NCBI GenBank assembly: GCA_951406725.2
Contig: OX597815.1
Coordinates: 127,906,001-127,970,000, forward strand
Reading direction: 5' to 3'
Origin: Octopus vulgaris
Taxonomy: Eukaryota
DNA: 64,000 bases
Shown piece after piece: positions 38,122-50,412 of the stretch. The notes under the pieces are model-generated. The model searched no databases and was not told the DNA's origin. It saw only the letters and a program-made list of their open reading frames with translations. A program made the translations under genes and the position numbers. How positions within the stretch are numbered: the first letter of the stretch is position 1; the number at the start of each line of letters is the position of its first letter.

Positions 38122-38270
38122 TACTTTGTTACTGAAACAAGATAAAGAAAAAAAACAGAGACAAAATATCATTTCATGTATATTTTTCATTTCAATTTTA
38201 TTTCATTCTTTTTTTTTTAGCATTTTAAAATGTCAAGAAATTATGCAGCCACATTAAATGTGTTATAGTA

Positions 38271-39065
38271 CTAGCTTAAAAACTGCCCGATAGGGAGGCT
38301 TTTAAGCTAGTATATAAGTTTTGAGTGACTCATCCCAAATGGGACGATCTGCTAACAGATCTCTGCCTTGTTTTGGAGAATTTGTTGCAACTACTTCCTC
38401 CAAAGTCATATCCCAATGATGATCATATTCATTGCAAAAGATCATGTAAAAAAAAAAACAATCGCTGGAAACAGTCACAGTAATGAAAACATAAGAATCT
38501 AAAATTTCAGGATTGCAGATCTGGATTCAGCCCAGAGTGTTTTTAATTTACTCATGGAGTTAGCCTTTATATTATAAAAATTACTATTGTACAAAAAAAT
38601 TTGTCGTAAAAAGTCACGCAAAAAAACAAATCACTGTAAACAATCACAGTAAAGAAAACTTGGAAATTCAAAATTTCAGGATTTGTTTTTAATTTACTCA
38701 CAAAGTCAGCCTGATTCCAAAATAGTATATGTTGGGCTATGGCCTCTAGGAGTAAAGTTGAAAAAGTGTGACACACTGACACACTAACATTCACATTTAT
38801 TATATTATTATTATATTACATTAAGGTGGCAAGCTGGCAGAACCATTAGCACGCCAGACGAAATGCTTATCAGTATTTTGTCTGCCATTAGGTTTTGAGT
38901 TTGAATTCTGCTGAGGTCAATAAAATTAGTACCAGTTATGTACTGGAGTCAATGTAATCAACTTAATCTCTTCCCCCAAAATTTGAGGTCTTGTGCTTCC
39001 AGTAGAAAGGATTTATTGAAGTTGAAAAAGTGTGAAACACTGACATTCACATCTTTTATATTAGA
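38271..39065 (-). mobile_element. Probable non-autonomous Helitron interrupted by a SINE
   Basis: Hairpin CTAGCTTAAAA...TTTTAAGCTAG at 38271-38310; TCTAATAT 5' end at 39065; internal subrepeats (aaaatttcaggatt...tttttaatttactca twice); SINE at about 38821-39015. Confidence 0.5.
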
Positions 39066-39160
39066 TGTGTTTAATTTTGGGGAAACTTTATTTCAATTGA
39101 AGTGTATATTTTGTGTGTGTGTGTATTAAAGAAAGCAAAAAGTAAAACAAAAATGATAGT

Positions 39161-39486
39161 ATTCAGTATGTTGGCTACAAGAATTTCTGTTAAAGAGACA
39201 TGGTTAAATAAAGTTGTACATCATCTCCCTCTTTCTCTCTCTTTTATTATTACTCCCACTGCCACCATCAACACTACTACTTTTAACAAAATAATATCAA
39301 CTCTCCCTAAATTTCTTTGTCTCTCTTTCTCTCCCTCTCTTTTTCTTTCTCTCTCTGTCTGTCTTTGCCACTGCCCTCACCATCTCTATGTCTACTATTA
39401 CTCTCACCTCATCATGAGGAACAGTAGGAGTGTCATTGAATAGTGAGAGAGGGGACACACAGAAATTAGCTTTTGCATTTATTAGA
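39161..39486 (-). repeat. About 330-bp repeat, copy 1 (Helitron 5'-like TC end)
   Basis: Near-identical to 49771-50099; minus strand begins TCTAATAAATGCAAAAGC. Confidence 0.8.
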
Positions 39487-39923
39487 TTTAGTCAAGTTAA
39501 GATAAGTCCTTTTTTTTACTTTATGAGAAATATCCATCAAAATGTGATTAATTCTGTTGCTTTTAGGCAATATTTTCCAGAAGTACCATCTCTAGACTTC
39601 CTCAAAAGGTTTGAGCTCAATTACAGGATATGTTATTTACCAATTATAAAATACTCCTTCTGCTTACATATTGCAATCATTTCTATTTATTATTAAGTGG
39701 GCTCAGTCATTGAGGGATTTGTTTCTATGCCAATACATAACACAGAGCTGGTAATGGAACAGGAATAGAGGGGTATGAACTCTATTTAGCAAGGAAAGAG
39801 TCTTGATGCATTCTAACTGAATTGAGTCTCTTTTCTTGCTTGTATATATTTAAACACTATAGTGATTGCAAAGCATATCTGATATACATTGGACTGACAG
39901 GGTGACCAATATCAAGATACTTA

Positions 39924-40113
39924 CAAGGGGGTGCTGAAAAGTTCCTGGTTGGAGGCCCAACCTTCTGAGTTCTTGTACAGGGCTTAGAAAAACTGAAGGA
40001 CTGCTGCAGAAAGTGTGTGAATTCGAGAGGTGAATATGTTGAATAAAATTATAATTAACTAATTCTCTTGTATTTCTTTTACCCAAAGCCTAGAACTTAT
40101 AAGCACCCCCTCA
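39924..40113. mobile_element. Mariner-derived MITE
   Basis: TA-flanked TIR GGGGGTGCTGAAAAGTTCCTGG / ...AAGCACCCCCTC; a related copy at 40668-40850 is in opposite orientation. Confidence 0.8.
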
Positions 40114-40667
40114 TATATATATATATATATATATGCCCAAGAGCTTTTATGTTCTAGGAATGCTGTCTATATTGGCTTGGCCACATTTAAAATGATAGAT
40201 GTAACCAGCAAGATAGAGCAATTCTAAAAGATTGGGTAATTTTAAGGTTTATGCATGTATATGTATTGAGTTATTTATTTATATAAACATATAGAAAATA
40301 TGAGGGGATATTAACTTAGTCATTGAAATAGAGAATGAAGTTACAAGTTTTTCAATATATATATTTTACATACTATATAACACTTTGTGCTATGTAGTTC
40401 TATTTCATGATGATGATGATGATATACTGGTATAAAACATAACAATTAACATATATCACATATGAAAATATAATAAATTGTAAAATATAATAAACTATGC
40501 TAATTAAAATATGTTAATACATTATTTTAAGTAACTCTCTAGTGGAAATGGACCAGAAGAAATATAATACAATTTTACACATATGTACACACACACACAA
40601 ACACACACACACACACGCATATGCACAAGCGTGCACAACACACACACACACACATATGTACACACAC

Positions 40668-40850
40668 AGGGGTGGGTGCTGAAAAGTTCCTGGCTTTGGG
40701 TAAAAGAAAATACAGGAAGATCAGTTAATTATTTTTTCAACATATTTCCCTCTCAGATTCACACACTTATTACAGCAGTCCTTCTGTTCTAAGCCCTGTA
40801 GAACTCAGAAGGTTGGGCCTCTGAGCCAGGAACTTTTCAGCAACCCCTCA
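40668..40850. mobile_element. Mariner-derived MITE, second copy
   Basis: GGGTGCTGAAAAGTTCCTGGCT ... AGCCAGGAACTTTTCAGCAACCCCTC-ATA. Confidence 0.8.
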
Positions 40851-42430
40851 TATATAAACACATCTTAAAATTCTTCATTATTCCCATGACAGTGAAAAAT
40901 TTTATAGAAATTTTTTTCTTTTTTCTTTACTATCACTAAATTTCAACCTAAGAATTTCCAGTTCTCCATTTAATTCAAACTGAATTACATAGCATATAAC
41001 TTATATACATCAAGAAGTTTAAATTTAAACCACTATTTTAATATTCCCTTTCTAAAAACTGAAGCAGGTAAATAAATAAACATGTACATTTACACATACA
41101 TACACACAAACATTCACAACTACACACAAAAAGACAAGAACATATAAACATAGCAATTAAAACAAATACATAAAAGATATAAACAATAAGTGCATCTCTT
41201 ATTATAAAAGGCAGATTTTATCTGCCTCCCTTTGGGAGTTATAGAAATCTACAATATAGGATTTCTTCAATTACAATTTACCTAGCATTTTTAAGAGTAG
41301 AATGCATCGCGTCATGCCAGGTCCAGTTTTTAAAATTTAAACTCCAATTAAGCAAAATTTACAGAAAACTCACATTCTGGTGTGTGTGTCAAATGCTTTT
41401 CTTAGTCTGGTTTACACCACACGCAAACGCACACACACAGTGTGCAACGAATAAAATGAAAGTAAATAGCGACAGAGTGATTTGAGGAAGACTAAACTGA
41501 AAGTATTTAAACCACTACTCAAAAAATAAAAAAACACAGCAAACAGAAACAAATAAATACATAACCATTTACTCCTCACACAATTTCTTCAATTAGAATT
41601 TACCTAAGATTTTTCAAAGTACTCCATTCGCTCATGCCATAATATATTTCTTTCAATTTCACCCCCAATTAAGACAAAATTCGAGAAAACTCAATATTTT
41701 AACATTTCACTTTGAAGCCTTTACTCTGCCTATTACTCCAACTTCCTCTTTAGACACATAGACACGCTAATATATACGACAGTGTCAATTGTTGACAGAC
41801 ATTGTAAGCTAACGTGTGTGTGTGTCTGTGTGTGTGTGCGTGTGTCTGTGCGTGTGTGTCTGTGTGTGTGTGCGTGTGTCTGTGCGTGTGTGTCTGTGTG
41901 TGTGTGTGTGACAGGGGTGAGCCATTCAGACTGGTCATCCATTTTGGCGAAAAGATCCCTTATCGTCTTTTATGCTACACCACTGGTTTTCAGTTCAAGA
42001 AGGACTATTCATTATAATACATCAGTTCCACACATTTACCCTGGATTCCATTTCGGACAACTGCACAAACATTTGCCATTTCACACATGTATGTAAACAA
42101 ATTCCTTTCTTTAAAAAATTTCAATTCATTTTCTTTTTTCAATTTATGTTTCTATACACTTTACGCAAATATTTGATTAAACAACTAAAACACTTCACAT
42201 TTCGAACATGTACGTAAACTACTTCCTTTCTTGCAAATCTAACTTTCTTTTCTGGCTTTTAACTCAAATTTCTATACATTTTACACACTCTGTCGCTTTA
42301 CTTGCATAAAAAATTTCTTTCAGCTGCTAATATTTATTTCTTTTCCTTCCACGCTTTACATTTTTCCACATTTCATTCAAATTACAATTTCTATCTTTAA
42401 GTAACTTTCACCCTTTCTTTTTCACATAAA

Positions 42431-45400
42431 ATGCCACCGAAAAAGAGAAGTCACATGGGCCGCCATACTGCCGCAGCAGCTGCGAAAAAGGCGAAGCGCA
42501 GCGCCATAAACGCTTCTGCTGTTGCTGCACAAAGGGCTTCAGAGGACCCACAACAAAGGGCCACTCGACTGGCTACAAACGCTGCGGTTGCTTCATACGA
42601 TGCTGCTTCCACGGCTTCAGACGGGCCAGAAACAAGGTCGAAGCGCAACGCCATAAACGCTTCTGCTGTTGCTGCACAAAGGGCTTTAGAGGACCCACAA
42701 CAAAGGGCCACTCGACTGGCTACAAACGCTGCGGTTGCTTCATACGATGCTGCTTCCACGGCTTCAGACGGTCCGGAAACAAGGTCGAAGCGCAGCGCCA
42801 TAAACGCTTCTGCTGTTGCTGCACAAAGGGCTTCAGAGGACCCACAACAAAGGGCCACTCGACTGGCTACAAACGCTGCGGCTACTGCTGCTTCAACATT
42901 TTCGACACATTCCCACGACTCAGACCAGCAACGTTCTACATTCCAGCGGAACAGTCGACGCCGCGGTCTGACGAGTCCAAACAGACCTTACTGGCATCTA
43001 CGTGCTTTCAAGTATGAGCCCAACTTCAATTACTCGATGCACGCTGACATAAATATTGGGGAAATGTTCTTCAATTGCCAATTCTGCAATGCTAAAAAGT
43101 GGGCTGGGGAACCACCTGCGATGTGCTGCTTAAACGGTAAGGTCAGCTTGCCCCCTCTTCGGGAGCTGCCAGACCCTTTGAAAGAATTACTTACTGGTTC
43201 CACCTCAAGGTCATCAAAATTCCTTCAACTCATCAGGAAATACAATTGTGCATTTCAGATGACTTCTTTCGGGGCTAACGTTGTCAGAGAAACTGGTTGG
43301 ATGCCTACTTTCAAGGTCCAGGGCCAGGTGTACCACCTTATTGGGTCACTCCAGCCACTACAAAATTGCAAACCTTCGTTCCTTCAAATTTATTTTATTA
43401 CAAATTATAATAGGCAACTTGATTTGCGTTTCGACGTAATTCCACAACATGCAAACACTAACGCTGACAATTTCGACAGGGACGTGCTGCTCACTCTGCA
43501 AAACATGCTTCATGACCACAACAGCTATATTCGCAGTTTCAAATACGCCTTGGAAACAGCCCCTTCACCAACATTCACCATTGTCATCGATGCTGACAAA
43601 AGGCCTTCTGGGGAGCACGCGCAGCGATATAACGCTCCTTCGTGCAATGAAGTGGCCATAGTTCTCCATGGTGAACAGCACAAGCAGCGGGACATAGTTC
43701 TTCAAAGCCGCGACAGTGGTCTTCAGCGTATTAATGAGACGCATCGGTCATATGACGCCCTGCAGTATCCCCTTCTTTTTCCGTATGGAGAAGACGGGTA
43801 CCATTTCGGCATTCCTCACCACAAACCAAACGAGCCCTCGGCTGCGACATCTAAAACTGTTTCATGTATGGCTTTTTACTCATACCGCTTCATGACAAGG
43901 CATAATGATTTCAACCCCCAGCACAGATCACGGCAACTGTTTCACCAGTTTGCAGTTGACATGGCTGCAAAGATGGAGTCCGAGAGACTGGGCTTCATCA
44001 AATTGAATCAGAAGCAGCTGCGCTCAGACTCCTACATCCATTTGCGTGATGGCATCAGGAATGACACTGATGCCCGCAATATCGGCAAAATGTGCATTCT
44101 CCCCTCAACCTATACAGGGGGCCCACGGTACATGCACGAGCGAACACAAGACGCTATGACTTACGTTCGGCATTATGGGCGACCCGATTTATTCATTACC
44201 TTTACATGTAACCTAAAGTGGGTTGAGGTAACGCGAGAACTTCTCCCAGGGCAGCAGTACTGTCATCGCCATGATATTATTGCAAGGGTTTTCAGGCAGA
44301 AACTGGCTAAGCTCATTCTTTTAATAAAAAAAGGCCAGGTTTTTGGGCCTGTTAACTGCCACATGTATACTGTTGAGTGGCAGAAAAGAGGGTTGCCACA
44401 TGCGCACATTTTGCTTTGGTTGGTCAACAAAATAGACCCAACAGTTCTTGATGATCTCATTGCAGCAGAAATTCCGGACCCAACTGTTGACCGGCACCTG
44501 TACGACATTGTGAAGGCACACATGGTACACGGTCCGTGCGGTCCTGGTTTTCAAAAGTTCTCCTCGTGCCACAAAGACCACGTGTGCACTAAACGGTACC
44601 CAAAGAGGTTCGTGGACGAGACCCAGACCGGCCGCAACGGATACCCACTGTACAGAAGAATGCACCCTGACAATGGTGGATTCACTATAACGTTACGGGG
44701 TCATCAAGTGGATAATAGGTGGGTAGTGCCGTACTGTCCATTTCTGATGAAAACTTTTAACGCTCACATAAATGTGGAGTTCTGTCATTCAGTCAAGTCT
44801 ATAAAGTATATATGCAAATATGTTAACAAGGGTTCTGACGCTGCCATGTTTGGCCTTCAAAAGGACAATAGCATGGACGAGGTGTCACAGTACATGGCAG
44901 GTCAGTACATAAGCAGTGGTGAAGCTTTTTGGCGGATATTCGAGTTTCCACTTCAACAAAGGCACCCCGCCATCATACAACTAGCGGTTCATTTGGAAAA
45001 TGGCCAACGAATTTAATTTACTGAACAGACTGCAGCTGATTTGGCGGCAAATCCAAAACAAACAACTTTGACCGGTTTCTTTAGGCTTTGCCAACTTGAC
45101 ACATTTGCTAAAACACTTTTATACCCTCAGGTCCCGTCCTACTACGTGTGGTCAAACAACAATTGGGTGCATAGGAAGTCGGGTCAGGATGTTGAAGGAC
45201 ATCCTGGTGTCAAGTTTAACAGTTGTCTAGGAAGAGTCTACACTGTACCTCCAAACCAACATGACTGTTTTCACCTGCGCCTTCTCCTCCATGAGGTTTT
45301 AGGCCCACAAAGTTTTCAAGACATCAGAACTGTTGATGGTGTATTATGTGATACTTTCCCTGAAGCCTGTTTTCGGCTTCGACTTTTGGAGGATGATTCA

Positions 45401-47152
45401 CAATGGGGCGCCACTATGGCAGAAGGTGTTTCATTAAAATCTCCTAAAAAAATCAGATCGCTTTTCGCTATTCTATTACTATGGTGTGACTTGGCTAATC
45501 CCGCCTCTTTATGGCTTACCTACAAAGATGATATGTCTGAAGATTTCCTGCATCACGCTCAATCGCTACATCCATCAATGGAGGTCGGGTACACTGACCT
45601 CATTTACAACAGGGCGCTGCTTGAAATCGAAGATACTGTACTCGATATGGGCGGTAGTGCCTTGCCGGTCTATGGCCTACCTTCAACAAACCGGGAAGGC
45701 ACAAACACTCTGTCTTCACATTTGCTGCGTGAGACATGTTTTAATGTTGACGAGCTTGCCGAGTACATAGCCGACAATGAGCCAAAGCTCATTCCAGAAC
45801 AGAAGTTCGCTTACAACTCCGTTGTTAATTCAGTCCGGGCCAAAGCTGGGGACATTTTTTTCCTGGACGCTCCTGGGGGCACTGGGAAAACTTTTGTCAA
45901 CAAATTAATATTGGCTGAGATTAGGCGAACACAAGACATTGCCCTAGCTGTGGCATCATCTGGAATTGCGGCTACTTTGTTGCCAGGCGGCAGGACAGCT
46001 CACTCTACTTTCAAACTCCCACTTGACTTAGCGAAGACTGAGACACCAACTTGCAACATCAGTAACAGCTCCGATCAGGCAGAAGTCTTCAGACGATGCA
46101 AGCTTATCGTTTGGGATAAATGCACGATGGCCCACAGAGGTGCTCTTGAGGCACTAGATAGATCTCTCAGAGACATCAAACACTCTTCAGCTCCCATGGG
46201 AGGCATAACACTTCTTCTTTCAGGGGACTTCCGACAAACACTTCCCGTTATTCCCAAAGGGACTAGAGCTGATGCTGTAAGTGCGTGTCTTAAGTCATCC
46301 ACATTGTGGCCACTGGTGAAGACTCTCAAACTTCACACCAATATGCGTGCTCATATGCGACGTGATATCACATCAGCAGCATTTTCTCACACCCTCCTTG
46401 CACTTGGCGAAGGCAAAATACCAGGGGATGAAAATGGTAATATTGCCATCGATTCCATTTGTACCATTGTTAACACGCCTTCTGATCTCAGAGATGCAGT
46501 CTTCCCAGATCTACAAGCTAATTATCAGAATATGGATTGGATTGGCCAAAGGGCTATTCTGGCCCCGAGGAATAAAACTGTTCACCATATTAATGATGAA
46601 ATGCTAAAACTCATTCCTGGGGATGTCTATGTATATAAGTCTATTGATACAACTCCTGACCCAGACGACGTCATCAATTATCCAATAGAGGTACTCAATT
46701 CCTATGAGCCCCCCGGACTACCACCACACATTCTCAAACTTAAAGTTGGTGCCCCTATAATGCTCATTAGAAATTTGGTTCCCCCAAAACAATGTAATGG
46801 CACACGTTTGATCGTTAAGTCCTTATCTCCCAATCTGATTGAGGCCACCATTATCACAGGGTGCGGTCGAGGCAACGTTGTGCTCATACCTAGGATGCAT
46901 CTTTTCCCATCAGGAGCAGACCTACCTTTCATATTTCGGAGGTCCCAGTTCCCAGTAAGGCCATGTTTCGCAATGTCAATTAACAAAGCGCAGGGTCAAA
47001 CACTGTCTGTGGCAGGAATACATTTGGGAGAGCCATGTTTCTCTCATGGTCAGCTTTATGTTGGCTGCTCACGTGTCGGCAGCAACAGTGATGCTTTCGC
47101 ATTCCTTCCACAACGAAAAACAAAAAACATTGTGTACAAGGAGGTTTTATAG
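42431..47152 (+). pseudogene. Helitron RepHel (HUH Rep + Pif1-like helicase), one in-frame stop
   Basis: ORFs 42431-45016 and 45041-47152 are in the same frame, separated by one TAA (ENGQRI*FTE, usually Y). Motifs: Zn finger CQFC...MCC; Rep RPDLFITFTCN, VEWQKRGLPHAH, YICKYVNK; helicase DAPGGTGKT, IVWDK (Walker B E>K), GDFRQ, SINKAQGQT, HGQLYVGCSRV. Confidence 0.95.
42492..42881 (+). repeat. 147-bp (49-aa) coding tandem repeat, about 2.6 copies, in the RepHel N-terminus
   Basis: cgaagcgca recurs at 42492, 42639 and 42786; units are nearly identical (KRSAINASAVAAQRASEDPQQRATRLATNAA...). Confidence 0.95.
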
Positions 47153-48719
47153 GATTACTACGTTTCATCATTTTCAAACACGTTAGTATTTCACTTACAT
47201 ACGACTCTCTTTTATGACGGCATTTACATTTCTAGGCGTTTCATTACATTAATTCACACTTAACCAACACCTGTCCTTCGCTCAACTCTATTTCTATCCA
47301 TTCATCATCAAACCACCAGCCTCATCTTCTATATCCAACGTACATGACACATCTACCCCCTACATCTACACTCTCATTGTTAAAGTTTACATGAGCGACA
47401 ACACGATCGCAACATACACTTTCGAAACTAATCAACAGATCATTTTATACAACAAATTTAATCAAAACGCCCATCAATGAAAACATCTCCACCACTGTAT
47501 TGTGATTCACCTAATCAGCACCACTACAGTCTTGCCGGTCTGACATATGGTGAGTAGATGCTATTGTTCTATATTTTATAAATTACACATATTTACTTAC
47601 CCATGCTTCATTCCTCTCTTGCCTACATATGAAATCCACTCTCTTTTAACACAGCATCAAGTTTTGTAACAGCACATCCGCTGCCGTTCGTGCAAAACGA
47701 AGAGACCCTATTCACCTGCGAACGTTTTACATCGCCTTCCACGACTATCAAATTCTTACAATTATGAGAACAATAACATGGCTCATTTCAAGGCAACCTC
47801 ACATTCAATTCTTACACCATTCTACGAGGGGGTAGGAACACCTTTACATGGCTTTCTATACACTTACAAATACATTCATTTGCCGTGAACTTATATCAAT
47901 ATTTGCCTGAATAATCATCATAATTCAGTGCAATCATTAACAGTACTTTCAAGCAATTCAGCCCCGAGCAACGCCGGGCAATTCTGCTAGTACATATTAA
48001 ATAAAAGTATACAGTACATATATACACTGCTCAAAATTTTAAATCTAAGCCTTTCATTTAAAAATCACTTTTTTGATATTTCATTACACTTTTTAAAAAA
48101 TATAAAACTGCAAACAAATAAATAATCTACACATAATCATACACACAAACACATATACACATAACATACCAGAGAAAACCAGAACTGATTTCACCTTCCT
48201 TAATATACCTTTCTATCTTCTTGACCTTCATAAATCCAATAAAAGATCCACTCAAGTGATTACCCTGCTCAACTGATCATCTCTAATTTCATCATTTTCC
48301 ATTACCAACTCACTTTCCCATCACTAATTTTTAACTTTATTCTTCAGAATTTTAACTTCCACCAAAGAAGAATCAAAAGAAAACTTCAAGAAACTGAAAC
48401 TATAAAATGCCTTTTTCTTCGAGTAATGAAAACAATAATAATAATAATAATCCTTTCTATTATAACCTCAAGGCCTGAAATTTGTGGGGAGTAGACTAGT
48501 CGATTACATCAACCTCAGTATTTCACTAGTATTTAATTTATCAACCCAGAAGGATGAAAGGCAAAGTCAACCTCAGCTGAATTTGAACACAGAATGTAAA
48601 GACAAGAAATGCCGCTAAGCATTTTGCCCAGCATACTAACGATACTGTCAGTATGCCGCCTTAATAATAATGATAATAATAATAACAATAATTTCATTTA
48701 TTTGCCACAAGGGCAGAGG

Positions 48720-49590
48720 ATGAGGGGGACAATACAAAGATAGACATAAAGTGTGGGGGTTTACATATAATGATGAAATGATAAAATGCATAGCATACAA
48801 AGGTAAAAAAAAAAGTAGGATGATAGAGATGTGGCCCTCCTGATTCAGCAACTCCTCTGGGGATAATCAAGGAATCTCACTGTCTCAGATTTCCCTGAAA
48901 CCCTATGAACAAGTGCCCTCTCCAATTTCTTCTCTCTGACTCACAGGTCTACACTTAGAGAGGTACCACCCACTCTTGCCATTTTTGCAACTTTCACCCG
49001 CCTTTCAATAAGCTCACTCGAGGACAGCACTTCCCTCTCCACTCTCAATTTCCTTTTCAAGTGAAACTTGAAAAAGTCATTGAGAGCTCTACCAAAGAAG
49101 AATGTATCAGTCCTCTCAGCCTTTCAGCCTTGACTGCCAAACAACCTCTTTTGCTATAGCCACCAGGCAAAGAAAAAAACTGCCTTGCCTGCCCAAGTGA
49201 AGTAGGGCAGAGGTGCAATCATCACTACAGACTGGGCTGACAGACAGATCCATTCCACGTGTGACAGCAGCTATTCAACATAACCCCATAAGTCAGCAAA
49301 GCCTGGACACTGAACGAGGGCATGCAGCACAGTTTCGTCACTCTGGGTGCACCTCAAACAAGTCCATCTGACAGCACATCCGTACCTATAGAGCTTGTCT
49401 CAAACCAGTAACACCCTCCAAAGACATCTGGAAATTATCCATGATAGTTATCAACTGGAAAGTCCTCCAGAACAGACAAGCCAATTCATTCTTGGTGGCA
49501 CCCAGTGTCTCCTTGAGAACATTGTTGCACATCCCCACCACTAATACTCAATAAATTTCTAAAGCAGAACATCTACCAATCCCATTGCTC
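48720..49590 (-). mobile_element. L1/Tx1-like LINE 3' fragment
   Basis: C-terminal Zn knuckle CLRCTQSDETVLHALVQC; FFKFHLKRKLRVERE. Confidence 0.75.
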
Positions 49591-49770
49591 AACTGGAGAG
49601 GGAGGAGGGAGGGATTTCTTTCAATTTGGAATTTTTTTACCAAATACTTATTTATTTAGTTTTTTACAATTGTATATAGCTATTGGCATGAAGACATGAG
49701 TTCAAGGATGGTAACCTCTTTTAGGATGGGGGAAATAATGAAAAAGGGTGGCGTGCAGTCATCACTAAAC

Positions 49771-50099
49771 ATTCAGTATGTTGACCACAGGAATTTCTGT
49801 CAAAGAGACATGGTTTAACAAAGTTATACATCATCTATCTCTTTCTCTCTCTTTTATTATTACTCCCACTGCCACCATCAATACAACTACTTTTAATAAA
49901 ACATCATCAACTCTCCCTAAATTTCTTTGTCTCTCTTTCTCTCCCTCTCTTTTTCTTTCTCTCTCTGTCTGTCTTTGCCACCACCCTCACCATCTCTATG
50001 TCTACTATTACTCTCACCTCATCATGAGGAACAGTAGGAGTATCATTGAATAGTGAGAGGGGGGACACAGAAATTAGCTTTTGCATTTATTATATTAGA
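49771..50099 (-). repeat. About 330-bp repeat, copy 2
   Basis: Same left breakpoint (attcagtatg) as 39161; minus strand begins TCTAATATAATAAATGCAAAAGC. Confidence 0.8.
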
Positions 50100-50342
50100 T
50101 ATATATATATAAGTATGAGGGTAAAACATTAAAATCATTTATTACCAGTGGTTTGCAAGGCTAATAAAAATCAGAAAACAAAATATTTTTGTATATAAGA
50201 GTGTATAAAGATATATACATGGAGATAAGACCCTTGACAGGACTTCTTACATGCTAGAAAGGGCAGTTAAACCCAAACCACGAAAAAAGGAATTCTTAAG
50301 ACATACTGCTAATAGGCACTAGGGTGAATAAAAAATTACTTA

Positions 50343-50412
50343 ATCCTATACTCGAGTTTCGCTATTAATGACCAAATAAATTAATTTGGTATCTGTAGCT
50401 CATCAGTAGGAT
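50343..50412 (-). ncRNA. Minimal type-I hammerhead ribozyme
   Basis: Minus strand reads ATCCTA-CTGATGA-GCTA(cagatACCAAATtaatttATTTGGTcattaa)TAGC-GAAA-CTCGAG-TA-TAGGAT. It has a perfect 6-bp stem I, an intact core, stem II GCTA/TAGC with an inner ACCAAAT/ATTTGGT helix, a palindromic stem III ACTCGAGT and a GUA cleavage triplet. Confidence 0.88.

Larger units (their letters stand above)
41195..47990 (+). mobile_element. Helitron, full-length autonomous-type (6.8 kb)
   Basis: 5' TC after host A (gtgca/TCTCTTATTATAAAAGG); 3' hairpin GCCCCGAGCAACGCCGGGC followed by CTAG/t at 47987-47991; A-T insertion site, no TSD; contains the Rep-helicase ORF. Confidence 0.95.

Noticed and set aside
42451-42858. 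135-aa antisense repetitive ORF
   Set aside because: Shadow of the 147-bp coding repeat in the Helitron ORF.
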